From positions 439,555 to 503,554 of the forward strand of contig NMRA01000273.1 of the NCBI GenBank assembly GCA_002633005.1: a DNA stretch of 64,000 nucleotides. Direction: 5' to 3'. Source of the DNA: Phoronis australis. Lineage: Eukaryota > Animalia > Phoronida. Position 1 is the stretch's first letter; each line of letters starts with the position of its first letter. A program made the translations under genes and the position numbers. The notes beneath the pieces were generated by a model that saw only the letters and a list, made by a program, of their open reading frames with translations, was not told the origin of the DNA and ran no database searches. This document shows positions 37,867-50,511 of the stretch, piece after piece.

Positions 37867-38457
37867 CTCGCTGGTTCCCTGCGTGCCGCTAGGTGGGGCG
37901 GTAGCCGCGCCAGCACGCAGGTATCACTTAATTTTCCTCTGTAAATTTTTTTACACCGGCGTTTCTGATTGGCTAGTCGAATTCTCAACAGACAGCGCTT
38001 TACGCAAATAAACTGGCATGACTGATGGACTGAAGTGTAAATGTGGTCTGTTGTTCAGACAAATCGGTGCTTAAAATTTATGTTCAGGAAATGTGAAGCC
38101 TAGAAATTGTGATTGCGCCTTTACGGAATGCATCTTTCTACTGTCGATGACTTTTGTTTACGAGAGTGTCCTGTATTCATACAGTATGAATAACACACCG
38201 GTTAAATCGGACAGATATGTGTTTATTGTACATGTATGCGCTTCAAGCACGTGGCTATTAAACATCACTGCAGAAACGAAATAGTTGCTGCGACGCCACT
38301 TGCATGACAAGGCTAAAATCGTTCACAGTCCGCCATTTTTTCACGGTGTTGTAAAGCTAACCAATGACTGCCGAGGTTACATCGACCAATGCTAAAGCGC
38401 GTGCCACTGCGTGATACCTGCGTGCTAGCTGGGCTGAGCACGCAGGGAACCAGCGAG
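37867..38457. mobile_element. MITE, 591 bp, with a perfect 20-bp TIR and a 10-bp TSD (MULE-like by TSD length; superfamily uncertain)
   Basis: TIR CTCGCTGGTTCCCTGCGTGC / GCACGCAGGGAACCAGCGAG. Flanked by GGAATTAATT at 37857-37866 and 38458-38467. A second, inner 16-bp inverted pair lies at 37912-37927 / 38411-38426. Confidence 0.9.
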
Positions 38458-40231
38458 GGAATTAATTTTGACTCTATGTGTTTCTTTAGCAACCACGTCT
38501 GCCACCAGTTGTCAAATCGTTGGAACACTGAATTCAAGCCCAATAAATGCGCATTTTACAACCCAAAAAGATTACATGTTTCTTGATGTGGAATTTGTGC
38601 ACGTCAAATCAGTTTAAGTATTGACCGCTAGGAAAAAGGTACCATTTTCACCTAAGTTTAGTAACACAATAAAAATACTGTTGCAACGGGGAAACATAAA
38701 GTGGTGAGATTTTTCTGCCAATCCAGTTCTGAGAGTATTTATTATATAGGTGTACTCTCCTAGATGGAACACCACTCCATGGGACCATTAGTTATTTATA
38801 CCTCCGGTAACTACCGTATCTTGCCACTAAAGTACAGGCCCAATCCATATAGAGCAAAATGACAGCTAAAGTGGAACAAAGAAAAATTTGCAGACCTTAA
38901 ACAATGGTAAACAGAGAAATTCTTTGGTTTTATTAATTCACCATCTAACTTGGGGAATTCACTTGGCCTAGCAAGCCAAGTGAAACAGAAAAGGGATTAC
39001 CCATCAATCACGCCTCGGCACATTTTAGATATTTATTGGTCGAGTGAAGCTGAATCCAAAATGAGATCAAGAATAAAAAGGTGCCAATCTGCATACATTA
39101 CATCCATCAAACTAATGCTATTTTCGAAACAAAAGATGGCACAAGCGCTCTGACTACAGTGCTATCTGAGACTCAGCTGTCATGCACTAGCCGGTCACGT
39201 GGAACTACTTTCTTGGATCAAGATAGCGTGGCCCTATCAGGGAGAAGCCTGCAAGGCATATTATCTGCATCAAAGCCGACCACTCTTTATGAAAATAGCC
39301 AATAGCACCACGCCTTACATATGAACTCAATTCTTAGCCGAAGGCCATGTGGCTAAACATATTTTTTTCTCTAAGGTCATCTAAGGTCAGGGCTGCTGCA
39401 TAGAGTCTATCAATAACTCAACTGTAGCCACTGTCAACAAGAATTTTTCATAGAAGTACTACTGAGTACATGTGTACATTATGGAATTCTTGTGACCAAT
39501 TGTTTTCTACTAATGCACCACGCAGTATTATGAGAAGAATTTAGTGATCAGTTACCACAAACATCTGAAAAGATAGTTTAAACAAAACTATAACAGATGC
39601 AGGACAAAGGGCTCTCATTTTCTAAAAAATGCTAAGATATTTTCAAAAGAAAACATAATGGGGTCTTGCACATGTAGTTGGTCACTACAGGGTTCTCAGG
39701 AAAGTGGATCGTAGTGGTCACCCTCTTCCCATGTATTTGCAATGGGCTGTGCTTGTGTCACTGGTTTCTTACAATTCACCTACTGGTATGTGAATGGTAT
39801 TTGTTGAAAACTTGTTTGTTAAAGACGTCTCAAGCCCCTACACATATTTTACAAAACAGATGCATGTTCTCTAAAAGACAATTTACAGTCGAGACGGAGT
39901 GGTTCAAGTACCCCGTGCCCAGCACCGGTAAAAAAAACAATATAGATTTGTATTTTTTTGTCAAATTGACTACAATCTTGTGCAAAAAGCTACTTAATGG
40001 GACATAACTGGTTTTACAACCACAAAATGTATTTTTGAGATTTTTGTTAGATGGAATAGATTTGTTCAACTTACGCATTAGCTTTGACCATAGCTATAAA
40101 ACAACAAAATCTGTTGTTCCTTTGAGAATTTATGACAAATCGACAATGCTCACCATTAGCTGCTAGACGTTTGCTAAAACCGTGCCAGTGTCTTTAGCGT
40201 GTAAATACAAAAAATACCCGCTATTTACCGC

Positions 40232-40305
40232 CTGAAAATTAGCTCAGCGGCATAGCATTCAACTGATAAAAGGGAGCTCAACGGTTCGAATCCGTGCCAC
40301 CACTA
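40232..40305 (+). mobile_element. tRNA-derived SINE head or tRNA pseudogene
   Basis: Pol III A box TAGCTCAGCGG (40240-40250) and a perfect B box GGTTCGAATCC (40283-40293) at tRNA-like spacing. No acceptor stem pairing. Confidence 0.6.
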
Positions 40306-41597
40306 ATTTCTGTAAAAATATTATCTTACCAAGAATGTCCGTTTAATAAGAATGTTCACTGCACGAGTTCTCTCAGACTATTGTTTTTAGTGCAGCCCTA
40401 ATTAAAATTCAAAATTATGAGTGCACACAGCCTCACCTATACATAAGTGCTATGCTGTTTTTAACAAGCGGAGGAAGGATCTTGACTGTCAGTATTAACT
40501 GATCAACAGGATACTATATCTAAGAAATGCACTTAAAAGGTGCAGTAATATTGATCAATTGATTGATTTTGTTAGGCTATGCACACAGTGCACTTACATT
40601 AAAAGAATGACAGTAACATGCAATGCAAAAACAAATACAATACGACAAACAAAGTGGTAATACATGAGGAAAACAAAATGTCTACAACCCTGATAGCACC
40701 AGAAACACGACACTTTGTTTCCGTTGTGGTCCCTTAAAAAAAAATTGCATAAAAAATTAAATGAGAGGAAGACAAACAGCATAGAACACTTGGGAAGATT
40801 GAGTAAGTCATGTCAGCAGTTAAACATTAACTAAAAGCTGACAAAACGTCCTGAAATCCTTCACCTTGCCAAACTCTACTTAGAAAAATAATTGTGCAAC
40901 TATTCCACCATGATAAAGAGGCAATGACCTCAGCTGACCACTGATCTTATAAACACATGGCCTTGATTAATCTCTCCACCCAGGTTCACTCAGCAGCTGT
41001 GACCATGACCTACTGGATTGGACACTGTGTGTGTGGCCCCACATAACATACACTGGGCAGTTGAGACCCTTAGTGGACCAACTGACTCGCCTTCCTGAGA
41101 AATTACCCACACATCCCTAGTACAGCTAGACATACATTGGTTCGTTACCTATGTCCCAACTCCAACTCTTAAACTTGCCAGAGGTGGAGCTCATGTTAAA
41201 CGTATCGTATGCCGCACTTGCAATTTTTAGTCTTAGGTGTAGAAATACAACTAATTTTGTGCAAAGAACAACCAACTCAAGTAAGAATAATTTAGAGTAG
41301 AAAAATCTGGAATCTAGCCTAATTTCAAAGATTGGGATCTCTGACCGTGATTATAGCCTCTGGTGTACTGCTTTCTCCAAATTAGACAGTTAGAACCATA
41401 GCAACCCCAAGTGAACACAGGCAAATGGGCAATCCAAAGCATCACACAACAGTAAATACGGTACACAATACAACCAGTATCAGATTAATACTTGATTAGT
41501 GAACTACCTAGTCACAAGATACATCTATTTCTTCACTTGACATCATCAAACAGAAATCTATACAGGCATGAGACTGTGTTTTTGACAATGACTATTG

Positions 41598-42068
41598 AGG
41601 CTCTTTCACACTACTGTCAACGTGCCGATGTTTTGGGGAGTTGTGGTTAATATGAACGGTTAATTTCAGTCTTGGATCGAAGTTAGGAGCATAAGTCAAC
41701 TTCGCAATGAACAGGTGGACTTAACAGCGGAGTGTAGATGCTGCAGTATGAACGGTCAACTTAGATCTCACCCAAGTTATCGCCAGGGGCCAATGCTATC
41801 GTCAACAATTAAAGGGTAGTGTTGTCGCTAATATTTTGCTCGAATAATCACCAATTAAATTAGAAATAAGTTTTACGTTACTCATCATACGTGGATGTTC
41901 TCAAATTATCACACTAAAAGTCTTAGCGCACACAGGACGAAAAACCGGCCATTTCCCAGTCTACCTCAAACAACACCTTATGCATTAGCGCTACCTTGGA
42001 ATTACTTCGATGACGACAGTGACACCTAGTGCTTACTCCGATGCCGTTATATATAAGTATAAGAGCCT
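41598..42068. mobile_element. Degenerate PIF/Harbinger-like MITE
   Basis: Imperfect inverted ends AGGCTCTTTCACACT / AGTATAAGAGCCT. Internal block 41811-41856 is the reverse complement of 62791-62847. Confidence 0.5.
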
Positions 42069-42199
42069 ATAGTTTTCTGTCAACTTGAGCAATCAACTCA
42101 AGATGGTAAACAATACATCTTGTCAGATCTTCAACACCACAGGATCAGTTTCTTATGTACAACCTTATTAACAAATCCAACAAGTCCGGGTATTAGGCC

Positions 42200-42500
42200 A
42201 AATATCTAAAAAACTATAGGTTTAACTTGGAAAAGGTGTACATATTTTCTGAAAGTATAAAGCTTGTAGAATTTGACTTTTGACCTTATATCAATTGGGT
42301 CATGTGACATCTCTGTAGTAAAATTTAGCAAAACAGAAAAGTATAATATTGATAGCAAAATAACATGTCACTTTTCTGAAACAGTTAGTTTTCAATATGT
42401 ATGCAACATTAACGTTTACATAAAAATCATAGATGACCAATTTTTCAGTTTTTCTAGCAAAATGGAGTATTTTAAAACCAATTCCTACAGGCATATTATT
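42200..42500 (+). repeat. Old dispersed repeat (related copy at ~62020-62330; fragment around 50490/51673)
   Basis: Shared blocks aaaactatag..aaaag..taca..ttttctgaaagtaNaaagctYgtaRaatt..tgggtcaYgtgac..aaaNcaattccta. Boundaries approximate. Confidence 0.5.
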
Positions 42501-43947
42501 TAGAAAATTGTGCATTAGGCATAGAATCTGAAAGTTTCATATGCATGAATATGAACAGCCATTTTCGAGATATGTTGTTCCTAAGTTAGCCAGACTGGGT
42601 CATTTTATTTTTCTAGGGTCCTACTTAACCTGAAGTTTGAAATTTTCCCTATAGAAATGGGCTAAGAACTTAGTGACATGTTGGAGACTGTTTGCATGCA
42701 CTTAATGGAAAGAAGTTATTACGTTCCATAATACAGGTCATCCATGAAGTATGATAGCACGCAGATGAGTCAAATGATTAGCATAGATTAACTACGATGT
42801 CCTCGGAGAGGTCGCTGTTTTTCTTGCACCCTCTCCATATGTGGCTTGTATGGTTCGTAATGTACATTTAGCAAACATGAACAGTGGCCAAATCTGCCCC
42901 TTGACACTAGCGAAACTTGGGAGATCACGTGCCAGATAAGAGAAATAGTGCATAAAATGCCCATTGGATGACAAGCAACTCTCACATGTCAATGACACAA
43001 GCAACTGGGTTAATAAACTATGAGGTTAACGACCATAGCGTGAAGGTTTATGTTCACCACTTTTATAATATTGAACACAAGGGATAGTATGAACTGGAAT
43101 GCTAACAGTCACCTAGAATGTATTAAACCAAGAATGGGGACACAGATGTCTTGCACTATTGTCAAACAGGTGACAAAAAGTATTTACAAATACAACTTAA
43201 GTTTTATTTTTTTAAACCAGCAAAGGGGATAATCTGATAATGTAAACTAAGCCATCAGGGTCTACCATCAACTTTTCGCATGACTAGAGTAACACAGAGA
43301 GTTTGACAAGCACCCACCATGTAAATTGCATACAGTACAGCTACAAGAGATGAATGAAAATTAAATTTAAAAATTTCCACAAGAGGGAGCAAAACAAGGA
43401 AATTTATATATAGACTATAGGGGTGCTAAGTCAGTCATCCAAAGTTGGCAGGGGAAGACTCCCCTCAATGAAAACATATTGATTTGCTAAATTCCACGAA
43501 CAACAATAAAATAGTTTGGTAGATGTTGATAAATTTTAATTGCCAGTACAAGGAACAGCAACAGCAACAGTGCCATTTGCCAAAACGCTAGGGGGTGGCA
43601 TCTTACCTGTAATAGAAAAGTTTAGGCTAAATATTACAAAGGCCACTGAGTTGTCAGGCAAAGAAAGATTTGCCATCCCATCCATGATAGTAACATGTCC
43701 GTAAAATGTCCCCAACATCCAAAAAGGATTTTGGAAATAAGTAGCTGACACTGGACAGAGATGACAACATACAGTATGTACATGTGGGTGCATAAAAATA
43801 CAACACTCTCATTCCTAAACCTCCACATCAGCGAACCAACATTTACGGCATGTAGGTACAAGTCTCCCTTGGCCGCGAACTGAAGTCAAATTATTGAAAT
43901 TAATTTTCTACTGACCAAGGATCATGAACCTGTGCTATTATACTCAC

Positions 43948-44283
43948 ATGCAACTTTCAAAGTTGTCCGGCTGACAAGAATGACACCTAGTGAGTTAATG
44001 GCGAAGCATTCGTACACGCCTTCATCTGTGAGTCCTCGCTTTCGACTGTTAACAACACGTCTAAACAGTAGAGACCCATTGGTCAGCAATGATACGCGTG
44101 TAGATAGGACGACAGTGGCGCCGTCTTTAGTCCATGAGATGTGTGAGGTAATGTTTGTGAGGTTTGATGGCAGGAAGCCATGGGGTGGCTGGCAGTCCAT
44201 GGCCAATAAATGTCCTTTTCTAGCAATAACATCCTGAGTGTTGATTGAGAAGTCTCCTTGCAGTGAATAGCCACTTGTTGACC
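43948..44283 (-). CDS. PRTG: Protogenin-like receptor, coding exon for Ig1 (first exon identified; signal-peptide exon not found)
   Basis: Acceptor ttcatttcag|GG at 44283 and donor |gtgagta at 43947. Length 336 nt, phase 1-1. Translates GSTSGYSLQGDFSINTQDVIARKGHLLAMDC...ISWTKDG...LLTNGSLLFRRVVNSRKRGLTDEGVYECFAINSLGVILVSRTTLKVA. It has the canonical Ig C/W/DxGxYxC pattern and resembles DCC/neogenin/PRTG Ig1. Confidence 0.9.
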
Positions 44284-44820
44284 CTGAAATGAACAGAACC
44301 ACTTCAACTTTCAGGCAGGTGTTACAAGATAACATACATTGATTTGCTTGTACAAAATTCAGGGGGCAGAAACCATCCTTACCACACACGAAAAAAACAC
44401 CATGCACAAAAAACCTTACCACGGAATCTTACCACATACAATTTTTAAATTGAAAGTGGCAGCGCAATTGTCTACTGGTAAGAGACTGTCCCCGAGATTG
44501 GGCTTTTGTGGGTGCACACTTGTGGTAAGAGTTGGTTTCCACCCCTTGAAACTCTTAAATTTGCAACAAGCTCAGTACTAACTGATCCAACTCATTAGAA
44601 TAGGAACAGCACTTCATGTGGAAATGGAATCTACAGACGGCACTGGAACAAAAAACTCATGGACCCTGGCTCCAAGAATCCTGCTGGACATCAACAATGC
44701 TGTATATGCTATTTCTCGTTAAGACTGTAGACAGCTAAAAAATGAAAAAAGTAATTGCAACCCGGTCCTGATGAGAAATATGCATTTCATACAAGAGAAA
44801 TAATAGATATTACTTTAAAC

Positions 44821-44890
44821 AGCGATCGTTCTCACTAGCGATCGCTCTCACTAGCGATCGCTCTCACTAGCAATCATTTTTACTAGCGAT
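44821..44890. repeat. 16-bp tandem repeat containing the palindrome AGCGATCGCT (about 4 decaying copies)
   Basis: agcgatcgttctcact agcgatcgctctcact agcgatcgctctcact agcaatcatttttact agcgat. Confidence 0.85.
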
Positions 44891-46053
44891 TTTTGCGTCG
44901 GTGAAGTTTTCGCGTCACGATTAGATGTGGGACGGTCAATTTGAACATGATTTACAAGTGGCGGGGCCAAAAAAGGATCGTGGCAGGCCTCCCAGATGTT
45001 TACACGCAGGGGAAACCCTGTATATGGTATCAATTCGGGTTCAGCCACGTGCGCAATATTTTCACGTCACCACTTATGATATGTGTTTTTAAAACAAAAT
45101 AATTACGTGAAATAAAAATATTGTTGATAATTTTTCTTAATATATCACATGGTTTTGCACCTGAACCTAAACACTTCAATCACAAAGTCTCGAACTTGCC
45201 ACAATATGTTTGGGATTAGGAAAGCAATAAACATTACCAGTGCATGACTCCTTTTGGTCATCTATTGCAGTACACCATATGAGGTTCTGTACAATCAAAT
45301 ACTAGTAAAATTTTAAAATCATACTCAGAACAAATCAAAATATGTCGAGCCCAAAAGCAAAACTGCCACTGCTGTAAACATGGCATTTTTGTCAATTTTA
45401 TGATTAAATTCTAAATATTTTCTACCTAAAATCGTTAAGAACGTATGCAAGGAGCATTTTTAAGAAGCTTCTGAACGTGCATCAGCCACAACGTCTGGGC
45501 GTCCTGCACAGATATTATTCAACGAAGTCAATAAAAACGTCACAAATGGAAGCAAATTTTATCATGGAAACAGATTTCAGCTCAAACTCTGACGAAAATA
45601 CCGAAAACAACACATATGCACCCCAAGCCTGTAGCTATTGTAAAATACAACTTGAACTGCCGGGTCATGCAGGCTGCAAAAAATCTTTCATAAAAATATT
45701 GTGTGCGCTTATATGTTTCATGAGATCTGTGATCATCATTGATAAAATAGGACAAACCACACAAAAACAAGCGGAGCAATCTGTGTAAACCCATTTCTTT
45801 AAAGAATCCTCACTGGGGAGCATTGGATACAACAGAGGTGTTTGTATCAAGTGTTATGTAAAAGTATTTAAACACGGGCTTTGCCCTCATCCACGAATCT
45901 CATATAATAACCACTGATACAAACACGTAGGTTGTATAACATATATACAAGTGATTCAAAAGTGCAATTCCATGTCACAGAGTGATGTCAACTGCATTTT
46001 ACTGTACAGCTCGAATACATAACTTTATTCCAGAATCCGATAATGTATTCTTA

Positions 46054-46866
46054 CCGTAAACATTTCAAGTTAATGTCTATGTTCAATAAATGCCTACAAC
46101 CTACTTTCCCAAATCTTCAGACAAAGCGCTCACCTTTACTTTTGACAATTTTCAATTAAGCGCCCACTGCTCAGACTAGTGATTTACAGAATTGATTTTC
46201 AAAACAGTAGGAGAAACGCAGAAACCAGATCAATTTCGCCTCGCACTGTAGTTACAGCCCGAGTTACCGGTAGAGACGTCTAAACAGAGACACCTTTGGC
46301 AAAATGCGAAATCTACACGAGTTACTGAAATGCCACCTCTAATGAAATCAACCATCTTTTTGAAAACAGATCAATTTTGATACGTCAGTTTTATGTTCTA
46401 ACTGCTTTAATTATATTTGACTAATTACTGAATTTTTTACTATAGTGTTAGGGTTTTTCCCTGGATTCTGAGTATCGTAACGTTTACTCTTATGTTTTCC
46501 TATTGTTTAGTATGTCATTAGGAATTCATACCATGCCGTAGTTAAGGTCATAATAACAGAAACCCAACGTAACATCAACACTTTTCGAAATCAATCTATA
46601 AATATTCAAATGTTTTATAAATTTGTCATTGTTGTAAAACAACGACTACTTTATGACTTTTTGGAAAATTGTGCAGTGAAACGTCATCAACTTTAAACAA
46701 AAATAATAGTCAAAACTGCGTCATTTTAAATTTTAAGGGAGTCCACAATTTTCCTCAATATTACCTCATAGTAGCTTTAGTACAGAACTAGAAAACAACA
46801 AAACATTATTTTGGGTATATAACTATCTCACAAAAAAGTGCCCTCAATTGGCAAGATTTTACCGTA
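46054..46866. mobile_element. Highly degenerate CCGTA-type (Tc2-like) element
   Basis: TA|CCGTAAACATTTC start with downstream aagcgctc and ttaagcgccc motifs. The putative right end (tcaattggcaagattttaccgta) is poorly conserved. Confidence 0.3.
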
Positions 46867-49800
46867 CTATACAAAGAACTTCATTACGCTGAGCAGCTCT
46901 ACAGCAGAGTGAAAAAACAAGTCAATTGATGGTCTCTGAAAGCCGAAGTCCTAAATCCTGAGATCCTACTCTGTAAGCATAAGGATTGAATATTAAGTCC
47001 TGGTCCTAAATGCACTGCTGGTCCAACACCAGGCCCAGTAAACTCAACTGAAGATCAAATAACCAGTCTCACCTAGGCTTTGAACCAGAAGCTGAGCCAG
47101 GGTAAAGTGCACCAAGTTTGCCAATTTTTCTCATTGACTTTGCGACAAGTGCTGAAATAATTGCAACTACCACATTTGCCCATAGGCACCCAGGGCGCTT
47201 AGAACAATTGTAAAATGGGGTGCTTAATGCAGTGAAAACGTAGTCTCTGAATGGTGGGTAGTGACCACCGAGGGACACGTTTACTTGCACTGAGTGTCTA
47301 CTCGAAATATATGTGGGTGCATAAAAGTTACCTGGTATCAGTTTTCAAACAGATTGAAAAGATGTTTTGTATATTTTTTATTAACCCTTTCACCCCAGTA
47401 GACCACGAAACTGATGTAAAAGTTTTCCCAACACTCAACACCACAGATCACAAAATGAAAATCAGGTACTACCAAAATCATACACACCTAGAACATGGAT
47501 AGGTTAGTTAGCAGGCATTTCCTGTGTGTTTACAATTTTTATTGTTGAGCTGAAATTCTGTGGTATTTACTTTTCATGAAACACGTGGAGCTTTTAAATG
47601 CATCGAGTCTGGAGAATATCAAAAACGTAGAGGCTGGTGGCCTGGAAATCTCAAGCAATATCACATTAATAACAGGACAGGAGTCATTTTTATAACAAAT
47701 CATGTAAATTAGTAACTGTTTTATATCCTCAGTTACACCGAAACTGAGGGCACATATATTGATAAAATTCAAAATATGTCATTTTAGAACATAAGGGCTC
47801 ATTGGGACAGATGCCATATTTTTTAAGTTAGCGTTAATTCTTTCACTGCTAAATTTGGAAGAAATGTACAACATGGGTTGCAAAATCTATAAGACAAAAA
47901 TAAATGTTTATGACCATTTAATTTGCTTCAAACATAAATTTGACTTCTTGACATACTTTATATTAAACTTTTTTTATTAATTTCATTGAACAATAACAAA
48001 GACTTTGTCTCAGTTATTTTTAAATGCAATGAGTGATTTGCAAGATGAGAAATGCAATGGCAGCAATACAGAGAAAAATGTTTGAAAAGCAGCACCTTTG
48101 ATTGAACTTTTCAAAAAATACATTTCAAAATGTTACAAAAAACAAAAGCCTGAGGTGGCAAATGCAATTCTCACAGAGCACATTGAAAATTGCATTCACA
48201 GAAATAATGGCAATGGCCAAATAATTAAAACGAGAATGTTACGTTACTCCCATTAACACCCCCTCCCAAGCTTTAGAAACCCAAAGGTTTGTATAGCAAG
48301 CCCTTATCACTTTATCTCCAAAGGTACTTCTGCATGTTTTTTCAATACTCTACACAGATCAAGTTCCCAGTAGAATGCTATCATCGATTTTAAGGCCATC
48401 AACCATTGTATACAGTTAAGGTCAGTCCCTTGGCACAATGCCAATAAACTGACCAATCAGAATCCTGCTGTGGTCAAGTGCTCCCCAATGTTTTTCATTA
48501 GCAGTAAATTGAGCAGTTTGTGAGGTCAATGCAGATGAAAGACACTAAAAGGCCAAAACAAATGGCTTGCATTGGTAGTGAGCAGAAGGGATTGGCCTTG
48601 CTTAGCTCCCTCCAGGGGCTTGATCAGATCACAACAATAAGCAAGCAAACAATGGACTAGTAGGTTCCTGCAATAAGATAATTGACCAAATAAAAACTCA
48701 CTTGTTCATTACAATCTATCAACAATAGGATCCAAACAAAGAGCCATTAACATCAATCATCATGCTCTTTTTATATTAAAATGCCTAATGAGATGAGTTG
48801 GGCCAAGGAACATGACATGGTAACAGGATCTATTCACTGCAACATGCCTCCAGATTAATGTGCTACAACTTGAGGGTTAGGGTTCAAAAGGTCAGAGCAT
48901 ACAAGCACAGGGAAATGAAGGCTGAGAACAACACAACTGAACAGCCCACCTGGTTGAATAGTGGGAATAGGCCAAGTCTGTATTTTGGTAGCACTCTCTC
49001 ACATAAGGTATGCCAAAGTGGAAAACCTATAAGAGCCTTAATACACTGTGCATTAATTATCCTATTGGTTAGAGTCATGTTGACACTAGCCGTTCGACAA
49101 AAATACAGCGTTTTTGAAAATCTAACAAAAGGTTCCTTAAAGGGACATTCTCGCATAGAAAAGAGATTCTGAAAGATCAAACAAAACGTGGAATCAGCAG
49201 TTATTGCCCAAAGCTTTGCTGGTGGAGGTACAACCCACTTCAAAATGACAAAGAGTGTGGATTAATTTATTTATCTGGTCAAGTCACTGGCCTTGATTTC
49301 AGCAAATCTGGGGTAGACAACCACGAGAATGCTGTAGTGATTTGCAACAAAATAAAAACACGAGTTTGTTGTTTTATAGTTCTGGTCCAAAGGTAGTAAC
49401 TACAGGAAGTTCAACAATCCCAAAACTGCACTGTTTTTTCAGTTGTATAACTAATAATACCCTTTTAATGGTCAATAGTCACAATACAGTTTAACCACAG
49501 CAACTAAAACGAGGATGGCAGTTCCAATGCAGATTTTCATAGACAGACTTCACAATAACCTATGAAAATCGACAAAACAACTACGACCAGTGAACCAGGA
49601 AAAAAGTTTTTACATCAAAAGGAATATATTTGCATATTAAGCATGCAACTTCAACATACTTTCAAAGGACAATAAATCAAGAGAAATGATTAAACATAAG
49701 TTTGCTGCTTGTTGAATTTAACTAGTTATTCAAACGAAAATTGGGAACTTTACTTGACTTTTACTAAGGTGGAAATTACGGTAAGTGATCAGTGAAAAAA

Positions 49801-50511
49801 TGGAACAAATCTCACCAATTCAGGACACAATATAGCAGACAAGAGAAATTTTAGTTTCTCATTGTTTTCATAAAAGATAAGATATAGCATCAAACTGATA
49901 TTTACACAGTTCTAGTTTTGCACCATAGCTACCATAAAAAATATTTTGAAAAAAATGTGGGCATTCACAATGGAGTTAAAAGACCTTGAAAAATGAAAAA
50001 AAGGTGATTTTGGCAATTGTTTTTGTCTGAAATTGCTGAGATTGGAAACGAATCCACATCTCTCATCCGAAATAGTAATGATTAGGTGGGTGCGACATTG
50101 TTGGCAAGATAAGAATCTAGGTGGAGTTCTGTCCCACTTCCCTTGGCGTCATGGTGTATACTGCAAGACCCAATCGTGTTTTTGTCCAGGTCTATAGACC
50201 TTGTTACCCGTTTTCTGGATAGCTGAACTCAAATAGACAAAAACAGAAGATTAGCCAGGGGGCTAGTCTCACAGCCACAAGACACTCGTCAGTAATGCTA
50301 GTGTGATCACGGGCATCTCTTGTAATGGAGGCATGATCTCGCTTTTCTCGCCAGAAACTGTGCTCTACGGAACACAGACAATCACATCACTTGTCAGAAC
50401 TATGTAACTCAAAGGTTTCGTGTACCATTATTCAAATGTCACCCTCAACTTGACATCTAAGTATGGTACAGCAACTAGCAACTGTCAACGGTCAACCCAT
50501 AAAAGTACATA

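Noticed and set aside
40232-40305. Functional tRNA gene
   Set aside because: A and B boxes are present, but the acceptor and anticodon stems do not pair. Called as SINE or pseudogene instead.
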